Assembly (NCBI GenBank): GCA_040219255.1
Contig: JAVJSW010000014.1
Location: 1 to 59,279, forward strand
Origin: Sumerlaeia bacterium
Lineage (GTDB): Bacteria > Sumerlaeota > Sumerlaeia > SLMS01 > JAHLLQ01
Length of the DNA stretch: 59,279 nucleotides
Reading direction: 5' to 3'
Shown here: positions 1-11,151 of the stretch, piece by piece
Numbering within the stretch: position 1 is the first letter of the stretch
Layout of the letters: each line of letters opens with the position of its first letter
Made by a program: the position numbers and the translations under genes
The notes under the pieces: model-generated
What the model was told of the DNA's origin: nothing
Seen by the model: only the letters and a program-made list of their open reading frames with translations
Database searches by the model: none

Positions 1-128
1 GAAATCCTGGTCAAGCTGGGCGAGAAGCCCGAGCTGTCGGAAGACCTGATCGAAAAGATGCACAAGGCGTGCAAAGACTTCGCCGCGAAGTTCAACCCGG
101 ACTCCGAACCCGCCGCGGCCACCGCTCC

Positions 129-1649
<1,521 letters not shown>

Positions 1650-1775
1650 AGCTTGAAATCTCCAAATGGTCCCTTGGGGCCACGCGAACGGCCCGCTGGA
1701 ATCAGTGTTTCAGTCAGTTGGGGTCCCGTCGTCAAGGGACCCTCGAAAAAGTTCCGCCGCGAGGCGGAGATCGGG

Positions 1776-2330
1776 TCAAGCCACCTTGGCGTGCAGGAGT
1801 TTCTCCCGCAGCTTCGAAAGCTTGCCCGTCAGGCTGCTGTCGATCAGCAGGTCGCCGGACTTGAAAACGATCCCGCCGATCATCTTGTCATTCACCACAT
1901 AGTGAAGGTTCAATTTCTGGCCGGTGTAGTTTTCCAGGGTCTCTTGCAACCGTTGCTTCTCGTCGTCAGAGAGTGGCTTGGGCGTCGTCACCGACCCCTG
2001 GGCCATTCCCTGCTCTTGTTGATACAGGCGGTACACTTCCTTGAGCACGGGGATAATGATCCCCATGCGGTTCTTGCGGATGAGCAAGAGCAGGAAGTTC
2101 TTCAAGAGCACGGGGAACCGGTCCGCCGCGACCTTGTTGACGTACGCGACCTTGTCGTCGGTCGGCAAGTGGGGGCCTTGCAGGAAGACCCGCGCCGCGG
2201 GCGTCGCTTCGAGGCCTTGAGCCAACTCGCGAGCCTGCTCGGCCACGTCTTGCAGAACGCCTTGCCCCTTGGCCGCTCCGAAAAGAGCGAGGGCGTAGGG
2301 TTTGATGGCGGCAGGATCGAAGTCGTGCAT
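1776..2330 (-). CDS. atpH: ATP synthase F1 subunit delta
   Basis: PYALALF N-terminus, MIGGIVFKSGDLLIDSSL C-terminus; operon position. Confidence 0.95.
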   Translation of the reverse strand: MHDFDPAAIKPYALALFGAAKGQGVLQDVAEQARELAQGLEATPAARVFLQGPHLPTDDKVAYVNKVAADRFPVLLKNFLLLLIRKNRMGIIIPVLKEVYRLYQQEQGMAQGSVTTPKPLSDDEKQRLQETLENYTGQKLNLHYVVNDKMIGGIVFKSGDLLIDSSLTGKLSKLREKLLHAKVA

Positions 2331-2881
2331 CAGGCGTTCTCCGCTTTCTGGCCCTGCAAGTCATTGATGAATTGATTCACGAGGTCGCGCTGCTTCTGAT
2401 CGTCCATGTTGGCGTGGAGGAGCTTGCCGGTGGCGGCGAGCGTCATTTCCACGACGTCCTGGCGCAGTTGCAGTCTCGCCGTTTCGAGTTCCAGGCTCAT
2501 GTCCTGGCGGGCCTTGGAAACAATGCCTTCCGCTTCCTTGCGGGCGTGGGAGACAATGTCCTCGGCGGTCTTCTGACCGTCCTCGATGGCGGCGTTGATG
2601 CGTTCGCGCGCTTCCTCGTCGATGCGCCGGATGCGCTCTTCATAATCGGCCAGGATGGCGTTGGCCTCGGCGGTCTTGCGGTCGATCTCGTCGAACTGCG
2701 CGCTGATATGCTCGCGCCGTTCGTCGATCATCTGCAAGACCGGTCCCCATGCGTACTTCTTGAGTACCAGAAGAAGGAGCACGAAGCCGATGATGGCCAC
2801 GATAGCCTGAGCAATCAGTTCGCGAACCGGGCTGATGTGGGCCGCCGCTTCCGAGGCGGCCAAGAGCAAGAGCGAATCCAT
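2330..2881 (-). CDS. atpF: ATP synthase F0 subunit b
   Basis: N-terminal TM helix, LKKYAWGPVLQMIDERREHI, long charged coiled coil. Confidence 0.95.
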   Translation of the reverse strand: MDSLLLLAASEAAAHISPVRELIAQAIVAIIGFVLLLLVLKKYAWGPVLQMIDERREHISAQFDEIDRKTAEANAILADYEERIRRIDEEARERINAAIEDGQKTAEDIVSHARKEAEGIVSKARQDMSLELETARLQLRQDVVEMTLAATGKLLHANMDDQKQRDLVNQFINDLQGQKAENA

Positions 2882-3033
2882 TTCCGTATTCCTTTGGGGG
2901 AACCCGCGGGCGGGGCTATCCCATCATGTCAGATCCCCTGGCGCGGAATGTCCGCGCCAAAGGAGTGCACCAGGCGGCTGGCTTCTCGAAACCCTTCCGC
3001 GAGCCCTGAAGGCCCGCGGCGGAGCGCCGGGAA

Positions 3034-3267
3034 TTAGCCCTTGGGAACCAGGAACACGGAGATCAGGGCGTAGATGGCCAGAGCTTCGATGAAGGCGCAG
3101 CCAATGATCATCGCGATCTGGATCTTGCCGATCGCTTCGGGCTGGCGGCCCATGGCTTCCATGGCGCTGCTGATGGCCTTGCCAAGGCCCATGGCGGCTC
3201 CGAAAGCGGCGAGTGCGAGGCCCAGAGGATAGGCAAAAGCGAGAGCGGTTGCGGCATCGGTGAACAT
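3034..3267 (-). CDS. atpE: ATP synthase F0 subunit c
   Basis: 77-aa hairpin with RQPEA loop and FIEALAIY acidic residue. Confidence 0.97.
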   Translation of the reverse strand: MFTDAATALAFAYPLGLALAAFGAAMGLGKAISSAMEAMGRQPEAIGKIQIAMIIGCAFIEALAIYALISVFLVPKG

Positions 3268-3419
3268 ATTCTGTCGTTCTCCTCGAAGTTATCAGGTCCA
3301 GGACCTGTTTGGTTTTGGAGTGTGCGGCGCCGGGCCAACCCGGTGCCGATTCTACCTGAATTCGTTTGTGGCGCCCTGCGAGCGCCGCGCGCTTTCTTTC
3401 CTCCCTCAAACCCTGCCGA

Positions 3420-4502
3420 TCAATGGTGATCGTCGTGGTCGTGGGGAAGCATCATCATGATGTAAATCGCCGAAAGCATGGCGAACACCAAGGCCTGAAC
3501 GGTGGACAGGATCAACGCGAGGAATAGCAGCGGGAAGTGGAGCGGAATGCCGATCCAGGTCCCGATGACTTCCAGCCCGAAGGGCCGCAGGATCGCCTGC
3601 GTCAGCATCAGGCCGAGCATCACGAAGGAGCCGAGCAGAATGTCCTTGCCCAGAATGTTACCGAAAAGACGCAGCGAAAGGGAGAGAGGCTTGGCGAGGA
3701 ACTCGGAAATCAGTTCGATCACCAGGAACAGCGGCACCAGAAGCCAGCTCACCCCCGTCGGGCTGCCCATCAGGTGATAAACGTATTTGACCGGACCGAG
3801 CTTCACCAGGCCGGTGTACAGCGTGACGAGGAAGGTGCAGATCGCCAGGCTCAACGTGATGATGAACGAGGAGGACGGCGCCTTGAAAAAGGGCACGATG
3901 CCAAAGAGGTTCATAACCAGGATCAGGAGGAAAATCGTGCCGATGTAGGGCAAGTAGGCGCGGCCGTTGTGCTCGCCCAGGATGCCCTTGGTGAAACTGT
4001 CCATCCCGCTGACGATGCCTTCGATCGTGACCTGGCCGCGGTCCGGGCGCCGGAAGGCGTCGTCGCGGCGGGCGCGGAATTGCTTGGTCAGGGAAATCAT
4101 GCCCCAGGCGAGCACGAAGGCGGCGAGGGCAAACCAGAGGTGGTTTTCCCAGGGCGCCCGGCCGAAAATCGGCAGCGGGTCCTGCAACCGGCCTTTATGC
4201 AGGGTCTTGGCGACGGTATAGGCCGTGGAGTGCTGATCCACGTCCTTTTCTTTTTCCGCCATGATTTCGTAGAAGAGCCAGGTGGCGTTCGTCAGTTCCG
4301 GCGGATGCTCGGGGTCTGCCTTCGCTTTGGCCGCGTGCGTTTCTTCGCCATGTGGATCATAGCCGTGCGTTTCTCCGCTGGCGGAGGCCACTGTTTCCAG
4401 GTCCGACGCCGGCGTGCGGACGTCCCCGGAGACGGATGCGGTTCCGGCTTGGTGGCCGTCATGAGGCGCTTGCGAGGCGTTTGTCTGAGCGTTGTCAGCC
4501 AT
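3420..4502 (-). CDS. atpB: ATP synthase F0 subunit a, with long N-terminal extension
   Basis: AKPLSLSLRLFGNI and VQALVFAMLSAIYI motifs; start chosen at MADNAQ, overlapping the upstream stop. Confidence 0.95.
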   Translation of the reverse strand: MADNAQTNASQAPHDGHQAGTASVSGDVRTPASDLETVASASGETHGYDPHGEETHAAKAKADPEHPPELTNATWLFYEIMAEKEKDVDQHSTAYTVAKTLHKGRLQDPLPIFGRAPWENHLWFALAAFVLAWGMISLTKQFRARRDDAFRRPDRGQVTIEGIVSGMDSFTKGILGEHNGRAYLPYIGTIFLLILVMNLFGIVPFFKAPSSSFIITLSLAICTFLVTLYTGLVKLGPVKYVYHLMGSPTGVSWLLVPLFLVIELISEFLAKPLSLSLRLFGNILGKDILLGSFVMLGLMLTQAILRPFGLEVIGTWIGIPLHFPLLFLALILSTVQALVFAMLSAIYIMMMLPHDHDDHH

Positions 4503-4950
4503 CCGAAGGTCTTCCCAAGAGATCTGCCCGAGCCGAGTCGAGCTTTCCTTGAATCCGGGTCCGCAAAGGCGTCCCGCTCGAATACACATCCCTCACCGTG
4601 ACAATCAGGGCCGCGACGAAAAACGTCAGGAATCCAGCGAGAAACGCCGTGATTTCCAACCCCGCCTCTATCGCGTAGAGCAACAGAAGGACGATGAGGC
4701 CTAACTTGGCCGCGACCCAGAGGAGAGCGAAAAGTCCCTGGCGCGAGGTGACGGCCAGGAGAATCTTGGCGAGAAAAAACCAGTTGAACCACCCAAAAAG
4801 GGCCGCCGCGCAGTAGCGGGCGCTCCATTCGGGCCCGATCAGCAACCACGACGCCAGCGCCATCAGAAAACTGAGCGCGGCCGTGTTCACAAACAGGGCG
4901 TCAAGGGTGCGGTTCGGCATTTCTCCCTCTACGGTCTCACTCACTGTCAT
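4495..4950 (-). CDS. atpI: ATP synthase I-like membrane protein
   Basis: Four hydrophobic segments; directly upstream of atpB. Confidence 0.7.
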   Translation of the reverse strand: MTVSETVEGEMPNRTLDALFVNTAALSFLMALASWLLIGPEWSARYCAAALFGWFNWFFLAKILLAVTSRQGLFALLWVAAKLGLIVLLLLYAIEAGLEITAFLAGFLTFFVAALIVTVRDVYSSGTPLRTRIQGKLDSARADLLGRPSDG

Positions 4951-5179
4951 CCTTGCCGGAAGCCGAATCGTCTTCTTCCTGGCTGATGCGGCTGATTTGC
5001 CGGATTATGCGAACGGTTTCCCGAACTCCGATAAACAACCCGAGGGCCAAACCGATAAAAAAGCCTAACTCCGGCTTTTCGAAAAAGTGGCCGCCAGCCC
5101 ACCGGAAAATCAACGCCGTGATGACGGGACTTCCTACAAGAACGATGGGCAAGCCGAGGGCGAGACTCGCGCCCCGCAT
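4937..5179 (-). CDS. AtpZ/AtpI-family small membrane protein
   Basis: 80 aa, two TM helices, first gene of the atp operon. Confidence 0.7.
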   Translation of the reverse strand: MRGASLALGLPIVLVGSPVITALIFRWAGGHFFEKPELGFFIGLALGLFIGVRETVRIIRQISRISQEEDDSASGKDDSE

Positions 5180-5370
5180 CGACTTTCCACGTTCTTTCCA
5201 GTGATCGGGTTCGTACCCTATGGCGACCGCTCCAGTTTGACGCCCCGTGCGGTCCGCTTCCCACGAACCTCAGCGAGTGCGCCGGAAGGGGTAGAATTGC
5301 TGGGGGGCTGGAGCAAGGGAAAAGTCGGACAAGTTCGTGATTTTTTTCACAAACCTTCCCCGCCGAACCT

Positions 5371-6081
5371 TCACAAGTCCTCTTCCAACTCCTGGTAAGC
5401 CCAGCCTTCCACCTCGCCCAGGTACAGCCCGGGCCCCGCCACCTCGTACCGCTGGTTCGGATAGTACAGGAAGGCGTCGTCCTGCGACAGGCCGTCCGGC
5501 ACGTTCACGTGCAGAATCCAGGAATTGCCCCCGTGGCTGGTGCGCTGACTGGCGCGGCTTGGCGCGCTGAAATCGTTGTACTTGAAGAGCGGCGAAGCCC
5601 CCATGCCGGTCTCCGGTATGGCGGACAGATAGTCCGGAATGAGCTGACGGAGGTTCTCCGGCAGCGCTCCCTTCGCCTCCTCGTAGCGTTCGATCGCGTC
5701 GATCAGCGGCGCCGACCGCTGCGCAATGACTTGCAGTTTGCTCATCCGCATCTTCACCCCCATGGACCGCGGATTCACCACCGAAAACATCACCAGCGTC
5801 GTCAGAATTATCATCCCGCAACCGATCAGCCAGGCTTTCAGTTCGCGATGGAACACCCGCGTGCTGGCCAGGTGAAACAGCAGCGGCACCGGAATCAGCA
5901 CCAAGGAAGACAGCATAACCAGCAGCCACACGGTCTGCGCCACCATCAGGAGCAGATCGGTCCCGATGGGAGCCACCGTCATCCATTCGCCGAAGAGCAG
6001 GAGCACGTTGGTAGCGAGCGCCACCAACGTCCCCACTGCGATCGCAACCAAATATCGTCTACGGATAAACCGTCGAGCCAC
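5371..6081 (-). CDS. Hypothetical membrane protein (3 TM plus soluble domain with a pseudopilin-like segment)
   Basis: Hydrophobic N-half, then LIDAIERYEEAKGALPENLRQLIPDYLSAIP. Confidence 0.7.
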   Translation of the reverse strand: MARRFIRRRYLVAIAVGTLVALATNVLLLFGEWMTVAPIGTDLLLMVAQTVWLLVMLSSLVLIPVPLLFHLASTRVFHRELKAWLIGCGMIILTTLVMFSVVNPRSMGVKMRMSKLQVIAQRSAPLIDAIERYEEAKGALPENLRQLIPDYLSAIPETGMGASPLFKYNDFSAPSRASQRTSHGGNSWILHVNVPDGLSQDDAFLYYPNQRYEVAGPGLYLGEVEGWAYQELEEDL

Positions 6082-6163
6082 CCAAGTATCTCCTCGTCAT
6101 TTGTCGTTCTACACAATAATACGGCAAAAGGGACTCAAAAGGTCTGAGGGGTGTCAAGGCGGG

Positions 6164-6919
6164 CTATCGCTCCAGGTCCAGCGGCTGAGCGCCGGAGGAA
6201 GGCCGGACGCCGCGAAACGAGAGCCGGTGGAGCGGACAAGGCCCGTGCTCCGCCAAAGCGTCATAGTGCGCCGCCGTCGGGTAGCCCCGGTTCGTCCCCC
6301 ATCCGTATTGGGGAAAGCGTTCGTGGTAGCCGTCCATCAGCCGGTCGCGCTCTTCCTTGGCCAGGATCGACGCCGCGGCGATGCTGGCCGATCGGCGGTC
6401 GCCCTTGACCAGCGGGACCACCGGGCGCGCTTCGAGGGGCAGCCGCAGGGCGTCGCTGACGAGAGCCACGGGGACGGCCCCCGGGAAATCCCGGGCGAGC
6501 GCTTCAAGCGCCCGCGCCACCGCCAGCTCCGTCGCCCGCAGAATGTTCAAGCTGTCGATTTCCCGGTTGTCGGCGACGCCGACGCCATAGGCCAGGGCCT
6601 TGGCTTTGATGGCCTTCTCGAGGCGGGCTCGCTGAGCGCAGCTCAAGACTTTCGAATCGCCCAGGCCCGCGGGCCGGGAGCGGTTCAGATCGAAGACCAC
6701 CGCCGCGGCAACGACCGGACCGGCGAGAGGGCCGCGCCCCGCTTCGTCGACCCCGGCGACCAGCCCGCCGCCGTAGGCGTCGGACACGGCTTTTTCCGGC
6801 CGCGTGGAGGGCCGGCTCGGCAGCGGGCCCTTGGCTTTGTAAGGAGGGAGGGACGGTATCGGGCCGTCGAAGAGGTCGAGCGTCTGGGGAGTCGCGCGCG
6901 GCCTCCGGGAGCGAGGCAT
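6164..6919 (-). CDS. rnhB: Ribonuclease HII
   Basis: GVDEAGRGPLAGPVVAAAV, DSKVL, KGD, IAAASILAK, HRLSF. Confidence 0.97.
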   Translation of the reverse strand: MPRSRRPRATPQTLDLFDGPIPSLPPYKAKGPLPSRPSTRPEKAVSDAYGGGLVAGVDEAGRGPLAGPVVAAAVVFDLNRSRPAGLGDSKVLSCAQRARLEKAIKAKALAYGVGVADNREIDSLNILRATELAVARALEALARDFPGAVPVALVSDALRLPLEARPVVPLVKGDRRSASIAAASILAKEERDRLMDGYHERFPQYGWGTNRGYPTAAHYDALAEHGPCPLHRLSFRGVRPSSGAQPLDLER

Positions 6920-7224
6920 CAGTCTTTGCCGCCTCCGGGAATGTCGGTTCCGTCATTGACGGCTTCGCGGAAGGACTTGCCGGGTTTGAACGCCACGACG
7001 CGCTTTTCGGGAATGGAGATGGTTTCGCTGGTGCGGGGGTTCCGGCCCTGGCGCGCATTGCGCGTCTTGATGATAAAGGTGCCGAAACCGACCAGGGAGA
7101 CTTTCTCGCCTTTTTTCAGGGCGTCTTTCACACTGTCGAGGAAGATTTCGACCGCTTGGAAACACTCGTTTCGCGGACGTCCTGTTCTCTCCATCACCAA
7201 ATTGGCCACTTCTGCCTTCGTCAT
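6919..7224 (-). CDS. hup: HU/IHF-family DNA-binding protein
   Basis: MTKAEV...VSLVGFGTF...RQGRNPRTSETISIP...FKPGK, 101 aa. This is the real C-terminal part of the 6919..9384 track ORF; GGAGG RBS upstream. Confidence 0.95.
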   Translation of the reverse strand: MTKAEVANLVMERTGRPRNECFQAVEIFLDSVKDALKKGEKVSLVGFGTFIIKTRNARQGRNPRTSETISIPEKRVVAFKPGKSFREAVNDGTDIPGGGKD

Positions 7225-7467
7225 CGCGAAACCTCCAGGGCGGTGTCTTCCGAAGCGCCTGACCGGCAGCCGCTCATCAATGTCCTGTGGTCCTTTGTGT
7301 TCAGGACAGTTAGCAAGGGTCAAGCAGGAAACGTCGGAGGCAATGGGACTGAGGGGCGGGAAAGGCTCTTGCGTCCTGGACCGGGCCCCGTTCCACTTTT
7401 CCCATTCACCCAGGAGGGATCCCCTACGCTCGAGGGTTTTTTTGGTTCCCCAGCCCCCACTTCGCCT

Positions 7468-9342
7468 ATGAGTTCCACCGAAACGCTTTCCGCTCCCACT
7501 CCCACTCCCGCTCCGCTGGCCCCGATCACCGAGTCGCCCAACGAATTGACCGGTGACATCGATCTGGCGACTCCTCTGGAGATGGCGCGTCTCCTGCGCC
7601 AGAGCGACGCCCAGATCTTTTCCGGCTATGGCGGCCTGCCTTCCGTGATCGACGAACCCGTCGTCAACCACGCGGTCAACATGGCCCGCCAAACGGCCAA
7701 AGCCATCGCTGCCGGGGAAAAGGGCGCTGTCGTGATCAGCGGCGCCGGCACGAGCGGCCGCCTCGCCTGGTTCCTCAGCCGCAACTTCAACCGGCGCCTG
7801 CGCACCCTGGGCGCGGCGGAGGTCTTCCGCCCCCTCCTCGCCGGCGGCGCCCACGTGCTCGTCAAGTCCCTGGAAGGCGTCGAGGACGACCCGAAAACCG
7901 GTGTCACGGATTTGAACGCCGTCCTCAACAAAGGCGTCACCGCCGACGACGCGGCCCCGGGCGAGACGAACAAACCCGGACCCAACCTCTCCCATATCGT
8001 TTACGTCGGCATCACCTGCGGCCTGTCCGCCGCCTACACCGCCGGCCAGGTCAATTCCCTGCTCAACGACTCGCGCGCGTCGGTTGTCCTGCTGGGCTTC
8101 AACCCTCTGGATCGGGCGCGGCGCCTGACGATCGAGGGCTGGGACCGCACCTTCGCCGACATCGTGGAGGCGGGCCTGAAAGCGGCCGAGCAAGACCCGG
8201 CGCGCTTCATCCCCCTCGTTCCGGTTTACGGCCCGGAAGCCATCAAGGGTTCCACGCGCATGAAAGGCGGCAGCACGACCAAGCTGCTCCTGGAAGCGGT
8301 GTTTTCGCTGGCGATGGAAATCGCCGGCATGACGGAGAACGCCCCGGTGGACGAAGACTCGAGCGACGCCGTGCTGGTGGCCCGGCTGCGCGCCATGCTG
8401 CTTTCCTATCAGCGGGCCATCACCGCCGTTTACACCAACACCGAACAGATCGGCGAAATGATCCGTCTGGGCGGTGCGGCGCTGCGCTGCGGCGGCCAAA
8501 TCAGCTATATCGGCCGCGACACGGCCGGGTTCCTGGGCATCCTGGACGCCTCGGAATGCCCGCCCACCTTTGGCGCCCATCCCCGCGACGTGCGCGGCTA
8601 CATCCGCAGCGGCTGGCCCGAGCTGCTCGATGAAGAACGGGACTTCACCTATAAGGGCCCGGACTACGCCATCAGCCACGAGGCCTTTGAAAAGGACCGC
8701 CTCGAGGACCTGTCGCGCGGCGATTTCGTCCTCGGCATCGCCATCGGGGAAGTCGGCCCGAGTACGCTGGGCCTGATCGAAGCGGCTACCGAGTCGCGCG
8801 CCAGCGTCGCCCTGCTGCTCGTCGGCAAGCAGCGTCCGAGCAAGGAAAACCTGCCGAAAAACCTGGAGCACTTCTTCTTTGTCGAAGTACCCGAACTGGG
8901 CTTCGCGCCCGACTTCCACAACGTCGCGGAACTGGCCCTCAAGCTGTGCCTGAACGCGGTCTCCACCGGCGCCCATGTGCTGGTGGGCCGCGTCTATCAC
9001 AACCAGATGATCGACCTGCGGATTTCCAACACGAAGCTCTATCACCGGGCCATCGGCACCATCGCGCAGTTGGCCGAGACCAGCGAAGAGCTGGCCCGCG
9101 AAGCCGTTCATCGCGCCGCTTTCCGCAAGGATACGCTGAGCGCGGAAGAGCAGGACGCTCTGCCCAGCGCCATCATCAAACTGGTTGGCGACCGCTCCGG
9201 CGTGGTCCCCCTCGCACTGCTGCTCGCCATCGGCGGCACCACCGTCGAGGACGGACAGAAAGCCCTCGCCGCCGACCCGGTGGTGCGCCGCGTGGTGGAG
9301 AAGCAGCTCAAGAAAAAAGCCGAAGGCACCGCCGCGGCTTGA
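7468..9342 (+). CDS. Two-SIS-domain glucokinase regulatory protein (GKRP)-like / tandem MurQ-like protein
   Basis: PITESPNELT, SGAGTSGR, GPEAIKGSTRMKGGSTTK, LDASECPPTFG, LNAVSTGAHVLVGRVYHNQMIDLRISNTKL; 624 aa from ATG 7468. Confidence 0.9.
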   Translation: MSSTETLSAPTPTPAPLAPITESPNELTGDIDLATPLEMARLLRQSDAQIFSGYGGLPSVIDEPVVNHAVNMARQTAKAIAAGEKGAVVISGAGTSGRLAWFLSRNFNRRLRTLGAAEVFRPLLAGGAHVLVKSLEGVEDDPKTGVTDLNAVLNKGVTADDAAPGETNKPGPNLSHIVYVGITCGLSAAYTAGQVNSLLNDSRASVVLLGFNPLDRARRLTIEGWDRTFADIVEAGLKAAEQDPARFIPLVPVYGPEAIKGSTRMKGGSTTKLLLEAVFSLAMEIAGMTENAPVDEDSSDAVLVARLRAMLLSYQRAITAVYTNTEQIGEMIRLGGAALRCGGQISYIGRDTAGFLGILDASECPPTFGAHPRDVRGYIRSGWPELLDEERDFTYKGPDYAISHEAFEKDRLEDLSRGDFVLGIAIGEVGPSTLGLIEAATESRASVALLLVGKQRPSKENLPKNLEHFFFVEVPELGFAPDFHNVAELALKLCLNAVSTGAHVLVGRVYHNQMIDLRISNTKLYHRAIGTIAQLAETSEELAREAVHRAAFRKDTLSAEEQDALPSAIIKLVGDRSGVVPLALLLAIGGTTVEDGQKALAADPVVRRVVEKQLKKKAEGTAAA

Positions 9343-9437
9343 TCGGAACCCGCGGAGGTGCGAGGAGGATCGGCTCGACGGCACAATCCATCATGAGATC
9401 GCAAAGCGGTGACAGGTTCGATGGGCCTCTTGTATGG

Positions 9438-10034
9438 CTAGCCGGTAACTTTGGGCTGATACGGTTCCTCCTTGACCAAATGACACATCAACAACTTAAG
9501 AAAAAATAAAGGCAAGAACCACTCAAGTCCTTGAGGGGACTCTAAAACATAGATAGAGACTAGAAAAGCGCTTGTGTAAGCAGCTGCCGCCACCGGTCGC
9601 TGAAGATAGTGGGGCACTGCCAATATAGCCGTCGCCAATAGTATCAAGACCCCGCCGGAGATGACGAGCCAGGAAACGTTCCAACCCAGGTAAATCCAGG
9701 AGACTATCATCAGGTGGAGCAAATGGAGACTAGCGAAGCTCAGGTGTTTCCAAATTGTTTGCCCCTGGCGATGATACCAGCGTTTACCTGCCGAGGTCGA
9801 GTTGGTCACGATTCCGCCAGCAATATCAAAAGCCAGACCGGCGCATATTATATATTGAACCGCTGACCAATCCGCGGCCACGTTTCTCGCGTGTAGCGGA
9901 GCGGCGATCGCCGCAATAATTGGAAGCACGACTTGAAGACCGGCCTCCGGTCTTGTTGCACCGGGGCCGATAAAACGATCCAGAGCCCCAAGGATTCCCT
10001 TGCGCGGGGGTGGGTGATTCCAGTTGTCGATCAT
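9438..10034 (-). CDS. Hypothetical integral membrane protein (lower GC than neighbours)
   Basis: 198-aa hydrophobic ORF with DIAGGIVTNSTSAGKRWYH; visibly more AT-rich. Confidence 0.75.
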   Translation of the reverse strand: MIDNWNHPPPRKGILGALDRFIGPGATRPEAGLQVVLPIIAAIAAPLHARNVAADWSAVQYIICAGLAFDIAGGIVTNSTSAGKRWYHRQGQTIWKHLSFASLHLLHLMIVSWIYLGWNVSWLVISGGVLILLATAILAVPHYLQRPVAAAAYTSAFLVSIYVLESPQGLEWFLPLFFLKLLMCHLVKEEPYQPKVTG

Positions 10035-10139
10035 CTAGCTCCGAGACCTCCGAGGAGAACTTTCGCACTCCGCTGGCAGGAAAATCCCCTTTCCAATCCG
10101 CCTCAAGGTCAAAGAAAACCGGGCCCCCACGCCCAAGAC

Positions 10140-10961
10140 TTACCGCCCCTCCCCCTCCCACGCCCACAAATGATTCACCGGCCCGATGCCGTGCCCGACC
10201 GCGTAGGCGGCGCGCATGGCATTGAGCAGGTAGGCTGTCGCCTGCTACACAGCTTCCGCCAGCGGCGCCCCGCGCCCCAGCGCGCAGGCCAGCGCCGCGC
10301 TCAGGGTGCAGCCCGTGCCGTGCGTGTGGCGCGCGTCCAGCCGCGGCGCCCGGAATTCGCGAATCGCCGCTCCATCCCACAGCACATCCACCGACTCCTC
10401 CGCGTCGTCCAGGTGCCCGCCCTTCACCAGCACCGCCTCGCAACCCAGTTCGCCCAGCGCCCGGGCCGCCTCGCAGGCCTGCGCCACGGTGCGCACTTCC
10501 CCGCTCAACAGCGCCCCCGCCTCGTGCGCGTTCGGCGTCAGCAGCCGCGCCCGGGGGGCCAGCAGCTCCTTCAGCGCCGCGCTTGCATCCCCGGCCAGCA
10601 GCCGGTGCCCGCTCTTCGAAATCATCACCGGATCCACCACCACGTTACGCACGCCGTGGCGTTCCAGGGCGGCGGCGACTTCGGCGATAATCGGCGCGCT
10701 CGACAGCATCCCCGTCTTCGCCCCGTCGCAGCCGATGTCGCCCAGCACCGCGTCCAACTGCTCGCGGACAAAGGCCGCCGGGGCCTCGTGGACCGCCACG
10801 ACTCCGAGCGTGTTCTGAGCCGTCAGCGCCGTAATGACGCTCGCCCCGTAGCAGCGATGCGCCGCGATGGTTTTCAAGTCCGCCTGAATCCCCGCCCCGC
10901 CGCCGGAATCGCTGCCGGCGATGGTCAGGATGCGGGGCGGTGTGAGATGGGACTCCAACAT
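10140..10961 (-). pseudogene. thiD: Hydroxymethylpyrimidine/phosphomethylpyrimidine kinase with premature in-frame TAG at 10245-10247
   Basis: LTIAGSDSGGGAGIQADLKT, TPN, KGGH, THGTGCTLS. After the TAG the frame continues QATAYLLNAMRAAYAVGHGIGPVNH... to TAA at 10140. Confidence 0.85.
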
Positions 10962-10984
10962 ACGACGCTCATGCCTCCTAAAAA

Positions 10985-11012
10985 GGTCACAGGGGCGTCC
11001 CGCCCGTGACCC
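10985..11012. repeat. REP-like palindrome
   Basis: ggtcacaggggcgtcccgcccgtgaccc; same family as 25911-25933 and 31341-31363. Confidence 0.6.
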
Positions 11013-11151
11013 GCCAGCCTACTCCCACGCCCGTTTCCGCCAGAATAGGACGGCTCGGAAAAGGCAAAAACATCCGGTCTGCACTGGGCAAGAAATCGCC
11101 GCCGCACACGGGCGGAATGCGCCCTTGTGCGCAAAGGCGGTGGCCGCCGCC

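Noticed and set aside
3034-3267. Na+-coupled ATP synthase (given a possible Na+-PPase nearby)
   Set aside because: Subunit c has EA rather than the ES/T plus upstream Gln Na+-binding signature, so it is probably H+-coupled.
7225-9384. 821-aa minus-strand ORF seemingly fusing a long domain to HU
   Set aside because: The upstream part is the antisense shadow of the GKRP-like gene; HU has its own ATG (7224) and RBS.
10245-10247. Genome-wide amber recoding or pyrrolysine as an explanation of the thiD TAG
   Set aside because: TAG is an ordinary stop for other genes here (thyX, ABC exporter, Gly-rich protein), and no pyl genes are visible.
10962-11151. TPP riboswitch upstream of thiD
   Set aside because: No CUGAGA core found; the hairpin present is a REP-like repeat.
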